From Paragordius varius (Eukaryota; Animalia; Nematomorpha), in the NCBI GenBank assembly GCA_964247055.1, contig OZ176057.1, positions 2,418,001 through 2,482,000 of the forward strand: DNA of 64,000 nucleotides, given 5' to 3'. Both the position numbers and the translations under genes were made by a program. Within the stretch, counting starts at the first letter, position 1. Each line of letters begins with the position of its first letter. Positions 27,976-41,662 of this stretch are shown here, in pieces. Below the pieces are notes generated by a model. The model made no database searches. It was not told the DNA's origin and worked only from the letters and a program-made list of their open reading frames with translations.

Positions 27976-28206
27976 TGATTTACTTTAGTAGCTCATATGG
28001 TTTACAGCTGGCTAATTGATTTGTCATATGTTACGGCCTTACTCTCAGTTGCTAGTAGCATTATCGCGCCCACTTTCTTTTTTTGCATAATTAATTAATT
28101 ATCATCCTTATTTCGATATCAAATTATTTTATTTTTCTATTTGTATTTTGGATTTTTTGATCGCCTTACTAAGCAAATCAAGGGTTAGGATAAAAAATAT
28201 TAAAAT

Positions 28207-31200
28207 ATGCCAGTCTCCAGTAATTTTGGAAATTTGTCAAATAATGTTTCATCGGGAGCCAATTGCTTTACCGGATTACCTACCAATACTCCATTATATA
28301 TGGCCGCTGAAAAACCGTTACATTTAACGTAAGTCAAATCTCTATTTAGTTCTTATTTTAAAATTAATTGTAATAGAAATGTTATAAACTTGATCGATAT
28401 CCTTAATTTCCCAATATATATCCTAAATTCATTTTTGTTATATAACCCTTATCCCCAAAATATTTATAATGTATTTATATAGTTACTTATCATACACCAG
28501 TCCATAGCATTTATAAAAGTCATTTTTTTACTTTATTTTGCAAGCAAAAGCTATAATATAAAGCATAACAACATTCCACATTGTTTTTATTTTTTTGCAA
28601 AAATTGTAGTTATTTATTGGATTTTCGTACCGAACAATGCCAACTTTTCTTGAAGCACAAATGTAATCGACACAGACCCTACACCTGTTTTTATTGGCAT
28701 TTTGCCAATCAAAGACGCAGAAGACCGCTTAAACTTATGGTTTCTGGGAATTTTAATTATCACGCTGATATTTATTGCGCAACGTATGACGAGGCCACTG
28801 GCTTATGCCCCACTGGTGACACTTGTCCTTTTTTGCATCGCACATCAGGGGACACGGAACGTCGATATCATTTACGCTACTATAAAACGGGTATGACAAA
28901 GATAAATTTGATAAAAGTTTTTCGATTCGTAACGATAATTTACGGGATGGAGTTTTGATTTCTATTTGCATTGAATTGTGATAAGTTTTTAAATGTTTAA
29001 AGGTGGATTTTTTATGTTAATCTATTAAATAATATATTTGTACATCAAGAATCTTGGTTAATTGTTTAATGTTTTTAACAGTTTTTTAAATTATTTAAAA
29101 TATTGCAATTAAGCGTTTTGTGTGAATTCATATAATAAATAATCAACTTAATATGAAGAAGTTAATAGCTTATGGTTCACATTAATACATAGTTATAATG
29201 CTATTCATAAATATGGCATGATATTTGTGGTATTCAAACGTTAATAAAAAAAGTTTTTTTAAAAAAAGTGTAAAACGAGTATTGTATTTCAAATTTTTAT
29301 ATAAAATTATTTGACAACCTCTTCAATCTATAGCCATTGGTGCTCATAAAGATATAGGGTTGACTAAAAAGGCTAAGCAGAGATTTGGTATCTATAAAAA
29401 TGTAATAAACATAAGAAATTACCTATTTTTTGGTCTCTAGAATACTGTGTTCATGAAACGGATACCAGAGGATTTTGCGTTAAGAATGGGGTTCATTGTG
29501 CTTTTGCTCATGGAACTTTAGATCTTAGAGAACCCGTAATGTCAACGGATGAAATTATATTGGACGAATTTATCCAGCGAACTTTATCGAAACACGTTTT
29601 ACAAAATTGTCTGCTTTTACAACAACAGCAACAAACACAACAATCGTCTGCCCCCGGCTCAACTAATCAAATAAAAGCGATAACAACCCTAACTTCAGTT
29701 TCAGATTCTAATTCAAAGAACGTTCCTAATAATTTTAATTCAAAAAGTTCTAGTAATGATTTTTTGGCCTCTGTACTTTTGAATTCAACACCTGATGGTA
29801 ACGAGTTGACAAACTTTAAAACGCAAAAAGCTAATTTTCAAGCTGCAATAATAACTACAAGAGGTACTAAAGACACAAGCACGATAGAAAATTCAAAATC
29901 TAATTCATGCTTATTGCTCGCAAAATGCGCCCCCAATGATACTTCTAGTCAGCTTTTATCCGTTAGTTTTTCCAATAATTCATTTGCTTTTGCATCATCG
30001 CAACCTTCTTATGCATGTTCTTCTACGGCTCAATCAAGTAAAAATATTAGTTTTTAAATATAATAATCTTGTTACAACTTCATTCATTATTTTATGATTA
30101 AAATATTAACCCAATTAGAAGACGATCCTATTGTTGTCATGAGAAATGCTAATAAATCCACCGTTTTCCCAAATTTCAATAACCTAAATAATGTATTACT
30201 GAGTTGTAATGGATTAAATCCAAATAAAACAAAAGATGACGAAACCCAAAAGTTATTCAATAATGAAAATAAAATGCCGAAACTTGAAACATCAGTATTA
30301 TCTGGAAACGTAACTATTAATGGATGCATATCACGAATTCCAAAGTATTTTAAATTGGCTTATTAGCTTTAGCTTTTTAAGGGCTTTTTTGATTAAATAT
30401 ATTAATTTTCTGATTGAATCCATAATTTATCCAAACGCATTATTTTGGTTAAATATGTATTTTTATGCTTTTTTTCCATATTTGACCATATTAGTATCAA
30501 TGGGAATTTCACTTCAAACTTTTGTAATTTACCAACAACACACGTGAAGCCATTCGTTGATTATGCTCTTACTGATGGTAATAACAATAATAATAATAAT
30601 AATAACACTCATAATAAAAACATTGTTAATAATAATTTATGTAACAATATTAACAATGATAATTTTTTTCTCGAAGACAAACCATTAAATACGATGATGG
30701 CCTTAGACGGAAATTTTCCCATGAAATGTTTAACGGAGAGTTTGGATTTAAGTGCTTTGGTACAAAATTGTTCTCGGCTTTTAATGGCTCAAAATCTGTC
30801 AAATAATTCCGCAAATGCTTGCGTCAAAGAAAATTCCAATATTACTGCAAATAATAATACGACTGAAATTGTAAATGATAATAAATGCCTATCTGGAGCT
30901 TTGGAAACCAAAGGACCCTTTATAAATGGAATTAGTAAAAATTTTAAGCTTCTCTTTTAAAACATTATTTTTTAACCTTATTTTTTTCTGTTTGTAGGTA
31001 AAAATTTTACCGTTGTCGAAAATGGTCAGCTTCCCTTTACATCAACAATGCTTAAAAGATTTGATGGACATTCAACATTACCCGAAAATATGAAGTATAG
31101 AATGGGGTACTTTTAAAAATAATTTTTTGATATCGCCTTCATACCCTATTTTGTTCCTTTCAAAGGAGGTAAGCAAGCCTGTTAGAGTTTTTATTTTTTG

Positions 31201-34200
31201 GTTCGATATTTTTATGGTGTGGTTTAATAACTATTTAGAGTTTGTTAAGGACAGCATTTGATTGGAGATTAAACTAGTAAAAACAAAAATAAATAAAAAA
31301 ACTATATATAATTTTAATTTACTTATAATATTATATGGATAAATTTTAATATTCGAATAAAAAATAAAAAAAACTGCTGAGTACTTCAATCAAAATATGA
31401 AAATGGGAATTGATTATGACAATTATACTTTTTAATTTTTGCGCACATACAATAAATAACCCTTTTATTGTTATATCGGCTTTATAATTGATTAAAAGAG
31501 TGAAAATTATTCAACTAAAATTTTATTCCTTCTTAATCTATACATATTTTTCTTTATTCAGAAAGAACCAACATATATAATTTTTCTAACATCACTAATA
31601 AAAACACCTACGGAGCTAATAAATATTTATTTCCCTTTACACTGTAATATAATATAACTTTAGAATCATTCCACCTTTTTATTTGGATAATTATATTTAT
31701 TACTAATTTACAATGTAATTTATAGAAACAATCAATTATCAAATAATCCAAGTTTATTGCAACAACCCCAATTTTCGCACCAAAAATATTTGCAAAATCT
31801 CAAGCGGCGCCTACAAATCCTTTTGTTAAAGAATACAACGGCCATGTTTAATACACATTCAACTTCGGTTAATGCCTGTGTAAATTTTATAAATGGAAAT
31901 TCGGTGGTTAATGGTATTTTCTTTATTATCACATATAATAAGAAAATATTAGAGTGTTTTACTTTGTGATATGAATAATGTATCAATTATATGTGTCAAA
32001 CCCAAATTTTTACGTGATAATAATGAAGGACATTTTTAAAGCTGTAAAATAATTGAACATTAAAATGCAAATGCAAACTATTTATAAAATTTTTGAATTT
32101 AGAAACATGGAACGATTAAAATGGCTATCTAACACGTTCATTGTGGTTTTACTAAATTATTTAATGTGTATAATCATATTTAATCATTTTTTATAATTAT
32201 ATAATATATAACCATAAATATATATTACAGTATTTAATGGTTGCTTACCGGTATAGTAGGATCGATTCGAGTGTAGGGAAAAAAAGAAAGGAATAATTGT
32301 TTATATTTAACATTTTGTTGTTTTTTCCATACACTACTGTGTTGTAAATTGCTCTACTATAGCAGTGTGAATTAAGCAACCATTAAAATTCATACTGTAT
32401 TTCTTTAACTTCCCCATTAAGTTTTTGGATGTTGGGTTTGTCCATGTGTGCATTGAATTACAAGTTTATGTGGGCCTTTGAATTTAATTTTAAATTTTTT
32501 TTTAATAAATCACATAAATTAAAACAACTCAAATAATTTATTGCCATTTTTCAACTTGCGACATATTTGTGACTTAAGCTTTTTTTAAGTTTTAAATTTG
32601 TAAACAAATTTATAGTTAATTTTGATTAGAATTTTATAACTTATCTTAAATTTTAGAACAGGGGTGTCCAACATACACACTACTTTTTAAAATATTTCTG
32701 CAGCCCGCGGAAAAATTTAAATAAAATATTTTAAGCAATTTAAATAAAAATGTTATTCTTAACAAAATTTTTTTGGTTGGACATCCTTGTTATAGAACAT
32801 ATCTCAACGTTTATGAAGAATTATAAATTTTATAATATATTTTTTATATTAGACAATGCTACCAATGAAAATGGAAGTCAGAATCTGCAAATCCGGTAAG
32901 ATTTTTTTGTTACAAATATACAGTAGCGTATGATAATTAAACATTACATTGGTTAAACATTTATGTAAGGTTTTAATTGGTCAATAATTTTATTTTTCCA
33001 AGATATTTATTGTATCTAATCTAGTTATATATTTTAAAAAATAATAAAATTTATTTGTTTTGGGCCCACGTTATGAAACGTTCAAAAAATTTACAATTTG
33101 CTAAGTTTTGTGGGGAATTAACGAATTTATAGAAGTTACAATGTAAGGAAATAACATGAAAACTTAATGACAACTATTTCTTTAAAAACCACAGTTTTTG
33201 ATTGTTTTAAACCCAATCTTATTTATGTAATTGTTTTAAGTCATTAAGGCATAATAGAGAGTTATTAATAAATATTTTATACTGGATCATTTTAAAATAT
33301 GGGTTGTCTTTCTTTATAATTTTATATCTTTATATAATTGGAATTATGATCTGTATAAGAAAACGCATGAATGACACGAAGAAATTGACGCAATTAAAAT
33401 TAGCAAATTTATATCCCACGCTTTTGTTGGAAAAAGATAGATCTCTCCAATGCGAAGATTATATATGGGCAGGTTAATTTTTTTTTCAATATTTTCGAAC
33501 TTTTAATTTTTACATGTTTTTTGCCTAAATCTCGATAAAAATGCGAAACAAGAAATAATAAAAACATAAAATTTTTAAAATCCTCTTCACATGTATATAT
33601 TGGCCACATTTTTCATTATTATGCCTATGCAACTCCGAAATAAAACAATATTCATAATTTGATGGAATCGCTCATTTTAATATTATTGTGTTGTTTTAAA
33701 GAATTTTATTTAAATAAGATTTTAATTATTTCTAATCACATTTAAAGTCAATATTGGAATTTGTATTTATAATTGTTTAATTTCTTTTGTTTCGCATTTT
33801 TATCATTTATATGCTCTCTTTCTTTTACATCCTGCAATTCATTTAAAAATAATCATATTTTTGATTTTTAACCAACATGCCCAGTGTTGTTATTATAAAT
33901 CAATAGCCTAAAAAATAATTATTTGATAATTTTATTTTTAATTTTTTTTGCCAATTTTAAAGGTGCTCAATTTTGAACAAATAATATAACTCCAAAAATA
34001 GGGCTTTGTATGATAATCAAAGGTAATTTATATCCTATTATAATAAAAAAGGGTTGGGGTGTTCCACTCTAAATGTATTTATTCATTTTTCATTTAAAAA
34101 GTTAAGTAAAAAGCAATCAATATACATTATAAAACGATTTTTGTTTTTCCTCTTCCAAAATATAAAATAATTGTTTGATAATTGACATGATTCATATGTT

Positions 34201-37200
34201 TTGGTTCTCTGTAACTTTCTTTCACAAAAAAATTGTTTTATATCTATAATCAGTCATGTAACCTTTATTTTATGGAAAAAAATTATTTTCTTTCGTTTAT
34301 AAATATTTGGTAAAGAATGAAAAAAACAAGAGCTCTATGGTGATATTAACAATATTACATTCACCAATAATGTATAAGAATTAATTATCATAGAGCTCTT
34401 GTTTTTTCCATTCTATACCAAATATTTATACATACCCATTTAACGGGGGAAAAAATAATATAAATTTTTGATAAAATAAAAAAGGATACATGACTATTTA
34501 ATAAGTTAATTGGACAACTAAAAAACCATTTTATGTTACTCCTTTTTACCATACAATAAAAGCTATTTGAGAGAAAACTTTAATGAAAATAGATTGATTA
34601 ACTAATTTGTGGGAAAAAAACGCTCCTATATGCTTTAAATTTTTGATAAAATAACGGATACATGACTATATAATAGATTATTTATTTCCCTTTTTAAACA
34701 AATTATAAAATATGAATAACCTAAATAAAGATGGTTTATATGTGTTGGTTCATTACAAAACGGAAGTGTGTACGAAACCACCCAGGCTTTGTAGACAAGG
34801 TTATGCATGTCCAGCTTATCACAACGATAAAGATCGTCGTAGATCACCTGCTCTTTACAAATACAGGTAACTTTTTTCCCGCCTTTTAAAAAATCAAAAA
34901 TTGCTACAAAAAAGACTAAAGACACAAATACCTACCTATTATTACTTTTTTTACCTCTATATGATTGCATTTGGAATTTATCACAAATATACTGTATTTT
35001 GTGCAAAATGATAGGTTATTTTTTTATAAAATTTATGCTAAATTATATAATTTAAAAGATTGATTGAACTAAGTGCCCATTAAATGTCTCGCCATAAGTA
35101 ATAAGCGAATCGACCAATTTTTTGCTTTTAGTAATTGTTGATGCTGATTAAGATATTGCCAATCGATTAAGCCAAGCTTGTAAAAAACTCATTTTAAAGA
35201 TAAAACAAAATCAATTATAATATACTGGCGTTGACGGGTCAAAAACTTACTACTAAATAATTATAATAATGGCTCTTTAAAATTACGATTTATAAAAGTA
35301 GAATTTAAGGTCACAAATGCAATATATGTCTTTAAAAATTTGGTTAAAAAATTTAAAATAAGCCTAGAAAATGGTTAATAATTTGTTAACTGCTTGTATA
35401 AAACACTATACTATATTAGTATTTTAGGGGTTTTCTCTGTAATTAAAGTTTCACTCTAAATATATCTTTCATATCTGTTAGATAATATTTGTTTTACATT
35501 AAATCTATTGAAATAAGTATGGATTTTAAAAAAGTATTATATGTATATATACCATTTACAGTTCAAATTCACCCTTAAACAATTCAAGTTCACCCTTGAA
35601 CAATTCAAATTTACCCTAAAATAAATTATCTGTTTTTAAGATTAAAAATTACCTATATTCTTTATATTTTTAAAAAAGAAACTTTGTGTGTGTAATCAAA
35701 ATAATACTGAAAAAATAATTAACTTTGCCATAAAAATATATTTAATTATAATGATGAGTTATATTAGACCGAGATTTCATAATTTCTTTTTTTAGGGTGA
35801 ATTTGAATTGTTCGAGGGTGAATTTGAATTGTTTAAAGGTGAATTTGAATTGTAAATGGTATATATATATATATATATTAAATAAAAAATATATGTTTTT
35901 TAGTTTACACAAAATATTTTCTTGAATTTGATTTAGATCTACACCGTGTCCTATAGTTAAGCATGGGGATGAATGGAGTGATCCTCACACCTGTGAAAAT
36001 GGAGATGAATGCTCGTATTGTCACACTCGTACAGAACAACAATTTCATCCTGAGGTAAAGGGCAAAAAATTAGGTTCTTGAAATTTTTTAGTTGCGGCGA
36101 AATTTTCGTTTCCAAGTCTCTTTCTATGTTATTTTACTTCAGAGGTCAAGGGCAAAAAATTAAGTTTTTGGAATTTTTGGGTTTTGGCAAAATTTTATTT
36201 TCCAAGTTTCTTTCTATTTTTTTTTATTTCAGAGGTAAAGGGCAAAAAATTAAGTTTTTGGAATATTTTAGTTTTGGAATAAATTTTTACTTTTTTTAGA
36301 TTTAGCCGAAATTTTTAGATTAAAGATTGCTGTTTCTTATTGTTCCATTTACTTCCAACAAAGAATTTCATCCAGAGGTAAAAGGCAAAAAATAGGTTTC
36401 TACACCAAAAAATTATAATTTTTTTAGATTAAACTGAAATTGTAAAAATCCAAAAGATCGTTGTTTTTGTCATAAAGTATCTCCCATTTTTTACTTTGAA
36501 TAAATAATTTTACACTGGCAAAGGCAAATATAATACCTTTTTTATTATTTTGCTATAGATTTTTAAAACTACCAAATGCAATGATATGATTCAAACCGGA
36601 TATTGTCCTAGGGGGCCATTTTGTGCTTTTGCTCATTATGAACGTATATATATATATATATATATATAGTTTCTTTTTTTGGATTTTTTAGGTTCATGAA
36701 AATGTTTTACATTCCCCCTTATTTCACATTTATATCTATTTTTTTCATAAAACATATTATATAGAAGAATTATCGACTGAACGCCGATACCTAAATCAAC
36801 TTATGAGTTTGAATGGTTCAGTCGTGCCGGCACCCCTGTATAATATAAACAATGCCAATAATCTAGAAAATGAAACTAATAATAATAATAAAATGAATAT
36901 GTCATTTAATGATTTCTATAAGCGACCATTAGGCTCATTTTACAATTTTGGTGAAGAGAATTTTTTCATCAACAATGATCATAATATAAAATCGGATTGC
37001 GATCATTCGAATTTGCTGGTAAGTATGCAGGAAGCCAGTTTAAACGAAACGATTAATCAATGGTTACAAACTAATGCCCAGTATAATGCTAGTCTTTTAC
37101 AAAATCGCAATAACAATCCTAATCCTAATAAACAGTCAAACGCTGTGAATAGGAATATTTTACAGCAAAATGATTTTAGTAGTAATAGTTATCAAAATGG

Positions 37201-38148
37201 ATATATTGCACCTATTGGTTCCAAGAATCCGACATCATTAAACTTACTTACGGCAAATGATAAAACTATATCTGCTCAAACAAGCTATGCTGCCAGTGTT
37301 AATGTTAATACAAATATAGTTTGTTTAGAAAATAATGCCAATAATCTATATTATTCGCAAATACCTCAGCAAGTTGTCTCCAATCAAGACTTAAAATTGG
37401 GTATAATTTTGTGTCTGTGTGCTTTTATTATCTTGATGACATTGTTAGTTATTTACCATTTCTTCTCAATCATAAGCAACATTTTCTCAACCGATCGCAG
37501 CATTTTTTTAAGCAAAGATTACATATTTTTCAAGCAAACGCAAATGAAAAAATGTTGCATCTTTTTGATAAAATGTTGCATTTAAATGAAATTTTTCTTT
37601 TTATTGGCTAAAAAATCTTGCCTTGCTTAAAAACATGGGGCATTTGCTTGAAAAAATGATGCGTTTGGATAAAAAATGGTAAAAATGATATATATATATA
37701 TATATATATATATTAGTTAATGGAAAACCCAACAACACTGTAACAACAAATGATGACCAAAGTACCAACTGTAATGATCGTTATTTTTATAGTCCAGAGA
37801 TTTCGACTTTCCTTTCGCTTTTTCCATCAGGTATCCAAAACAAACGAACATTTTAAATTATAAATTAGAATGTGTTTTAGCTTATAGCAAAGTTTGTTTT
37901 AGAGTGGTATAATAAAAATTTTTTGGATAGATACAGTCATGTATCCTTTATTTTCTCAAAATTTATTTATTTTTTCGTTAAATTTGTATAAAAATTTGGT
38001 AAGGAATGGAAAAAACAAGAGCTCTATGGTATTAATAATATCATATTCATCACGAAAATATAAGAAAGACTGTAATTTTAAAAGCTGGTTTATATTGTGT
38101 AGCGATATAATGTTGAAGGGCCCAAAAAAACGCTATATATATAAATAG

Positions 38149-38205
<57 letters not shown>

Positions 38206-40141
38206 TAAAAATGAATTGTAAGTTTCTCTAACCAATAAAACATTGTTTAACATTTGGGGTTAAATTGGTGCATAAACAGCCAAGAATAATTGTTTTTTTT
38301 TTGGCCCCTTTTAGAATCTGAAAATTATGGCATAAAGAATGGAGCTTTGGGGGGAGGAAATACATTAGCTTTTAATCCAGAATTCTCTATGAATAATACA
38401 AATAGCTTGGAAGATTGTTTTACTGAACATCATACCAAAAATGAGGCCAATGTTAATTTTACGACAAAAAATATCGCGAATAATGATGACTTTTTTTCTA
38501 AAACAATCGGCGGGGCAATAAAACTAAATCCTTGGTTATCACAACCGAATGTTAAAGCGCCATTAGAAAATAGAGCAGTAAGTTTATATATATTCCATTT
38601 ACAGTTCAAATTCACCCTTGAACAATTCAAATTTACCCTTGAACAATTCAAATTCACACTTAAAATAAATTATGTGTTTTCGTAAACTATTATAAATCTT
38701 TAACTATATAAAAAATATAACTTTATGGCATAGTTTATTATTTTTTCAGTATTATTTTAATTCAAAACAAAATTTTTATTTTTTAAAAACATATATAAAA
38801 TTATATAGGTAATTTTTTATCTCAAAATATAATATATTTTATTTGAGGGTGAATTCGAATTGTTCGCGGGTGAATTTGAATTGTTTAAGAGTAAATTTGA
38901 ATTGTAAATGGTATACTAAATTACAATAAAAATAGAATTATACGGACAAACAGTAAAGATAAAGGGGAATATTATGAAACTCATTTTTTCTTACTTTTGA
39001 ATAACATTCATAGTTGACATAATTAATTTTGTTATCAAGAAAGATAATATATTACTTTGGGCAATATTAAACAACAATGGCAAAGTTTTAAAAAAGTACA
39101 GCAGTCCCTTGAAGATAACATTTGTCTTTATATAATCTTACGTTTTGTCCTGTTTTCTTCATAAAATTTTTATTTAATTTTGTTGCTAATAATGATAGAT
39201 TGTGCCCACAAACATGCCAATACTTAGTATGGATATAAATAATGCCTCACTTTTTTCCAATAACAACGCAATATATTCTGCCGGTTTTTTAAATAATCTT
39301 ACGACAACTACCTTACACGATAATAAACTGTGCGAAAATCAATCCAAAAATTTCATGATAACCAATAAAAAGGATGACATAAATAGGTTTATGTATGAAA
39401 ATCTAAATAATAGCACCCTTAGTCCGACTCAACAAGCCGATATACTAAAGGTTCGAATGGACGAAATAAAGGCAGTCCTTCAACAAATGGAAGTGGTATA
39501 TATATAAATCAATTTTTACTATTGACGAAGGATTGATTCAACAACTTATCATGTCATTTAGTATTTTTAGTTTAAATTTGTAATTTTGCATATCGATTTT
39601 CAGTTAATTTCCAATTTAAGTTTTGTTTATCATCATTACACGGAAAACAGTTGTTAATATACTAAGGTTTATAATTTTACGCATTCAGTATAAAAATTGG
39701 TTTTCTAATTATTCAGTATAACCAGAGTTTTTAAATTTTGATATTTTAAATGGTTAATAGGAGATATTTGGTTACAATTCCGTTGTCATATATGACATTT
39801 TTTATTTTATTAGTTGCATATTTAGTTTGCCTATGTATTTTTTCCTCATAATTTTGACATGTAACTAATAAAATAACGAAAGTATATTAAATTTTCGTTT
39901 AGCTATTTAAAATAATCAAATAATGTATTTTGTAATAAAGTATGTGCATGATTTATTATTTAAAAGTTTTTTTTATTATCAGTTTTGATGGTTATATCAA
40001 TACATAATCAATAGTTACTATAATGCCATGTTTATTAAAAATTTCCGTATATTCATTTAGGCTCTAAATACAGTTCAATCTACGAATGTCGCAAATTTAA
40101 CACCAATAACCACTTTAAGCTCCAATGTGCAAAACTTTTAA
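28207..40141 (+). CDS. unk: Unkempt CCCH zinc-finger RNA-binding protein (about 1278 aa)
   Basis: 17 phase-consistent exons: 28207-28328, 28610-28890, 29441-30037, 30119-30344, 30495-30934, 30998-31094 (or 31106), 31726-31913, 32853-32895, 33360-33472, 34731-34866, 35937-36054, 36559-36643, 36765-37400, 37717-37830, 38315-38577, 39199-39495, 40061-40141. All six unkempt CCCH fingers are intact (FRTEQC..HRPYTCFYWH, GDTERRYHLRYYKT, YKTEVCTKPPRLCRQGYACP, HTRTEQQFHPE, CPRGPFCAFAH). Confidence 0.95.
35552..35859. mobile_element. MITE family A copy in unk intron
   Basis: Full termini, 21-bp arrays, (TA)n flanks. Confidence 0.88.
36052..36400 (+). repeat. Tandem 90-bp repeat that copies the unk exon 11 splice donor
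   Basis: AGAGGT(A/C)AAGGGCAAAAAATT at GT positions 36055, 36145 and 36235 (90-bp period), plus a fourth copy at 36378 preceded by a degenerate copy of the exon end (AATTTCATCCAGAG). Confidence 0.9.
38595..38911. mobile_element. MITE family A copy just downstream of an unk donor site
   Basis: Full termini and arrays; starts 17 nt after the exon end at 38577. Confidence 0.88.
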
Positions 40142-41662
40142 GAAGAAATTGATTAAATGTTTACGAGGCTAACTTATAAACAGTATTATTAATATATTTT
40201 TTTCATTATATTTTGACAATTATATAACACGCATCATACATTGTCAACAAAAAAAGGAATCTTGTGCGTTTTTGCTACTTAATTTTTTTACAAATGTTTT
40301 TGATTATTTACTACAGTATTACAGTTTTTGAGAACCTTCTCTCATTTCAAAAGTATTAACGTTTCCAATTATATTCCTTATTTGATATGTTCAATGCAAT
40401 ACAAAACTTGAATTTACAATTTGTACCTTATTATATAAATCATTTACTAATCACTTTTCATATTTTTACTTGATAACTTTTTAGAATTCAATAACTATTA
40501 TAACCATTAGTAATTATATAGGAATATAGATTAACTTGTGTTAGTTTTGCATTTATCATTGTATACCGTGTTCAACTAAATTTTTATTAGCTCTTAGTTA
40601 CTGACTAAAAAAATTTAATTCTTCATTTCTATCTCATCTTTTAAACTATTCCCTAAGATTTTTTAGGTTAGCTGGATTGATTTAGAATGCGTAACCAAAT
40701 ATTTAGTTATAATTTTGTTTGGAACTAGACACACACTACACACTATGTTCATTTTATTTGAAATTTTTAAATATATACATATATCTAACAAAAAAACAAT
40801 TATTAATATGTATGGAGATGTAATATCGAACGGAATTTATAGGATATTTATGACTTAACATGTAATAAAATTAACAAATTTTTAGTCTAGCTCTGCCCAC
40901 AATAAATGAAATAAATTTTAGCTAATCTTACATTATTCTTCATATTATTATTATTTTGTACACATATATATGACTTTAGCTAATATGCGCCCTATTTTCA
41001 TGTATACTGTCCTATATCCCGATATTTACAATCAATATTTTTATTTACGGTATGAATTAAAATACATTGCTGGTTTTTTCATTCAATATTGATAGATGTC
41101 GGCATTCACAGTAAAGAAAAATATTCTTGACATAAAATTATACATTTTTTCGCCATTTTCCTACTATTAGTCAATAATTATTATTCTCTTTGATGTGCCT
41201 GCTATCATCGGATTATATTTAATATAAAAAAACTAGTAATGTATTTCATACATCTAAACTGTAAATCGAATATATGTATAGTTTTATGTAACACTGGATT
41301 TATATATTTTAGTTTTTTTATAAACAAACCACCCATATTTTACTATTGTGATATTTTTGATTGTACAAAATTATTATAATTAACACCATGTTGTGTAATT
41401 ATTTTTTTTGCAAAATTATTTTCCAAAAAACTCACTTTTTTCCTCTCTCTCTTTTAGCATTTTCACAATTTCATTCTTGTATATATTGCATGCAGTATTT
41501 TATTTCGTCCATCGTTGTGCTTTTTTCATTCATTGTACAAATTAACTACGCATTTTATTTTATGCTAACCCCACACCTTTCATTCAATGTATACTAATTT
41601 GCTTTGCTTGGTGTTTTATTAACTATACCTTTAATAAATAAATGAATAATAATAAAAATATA

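Noticed and set aside
36078-36299. 73-aa ORF with a 30-aa repeat
   Set aside because: It is a translation of the 90-bp intronic tandem repeat.
37401-37585. Transmembrane C-terminus on ORF 36803-37585 (membrane-anchored UNK)
   Set aside because: It is read-through into a T-rich intron after the donor at 37401; downstream exons continue in phase. An intron-retention isoform cannot be excluded but has no support.
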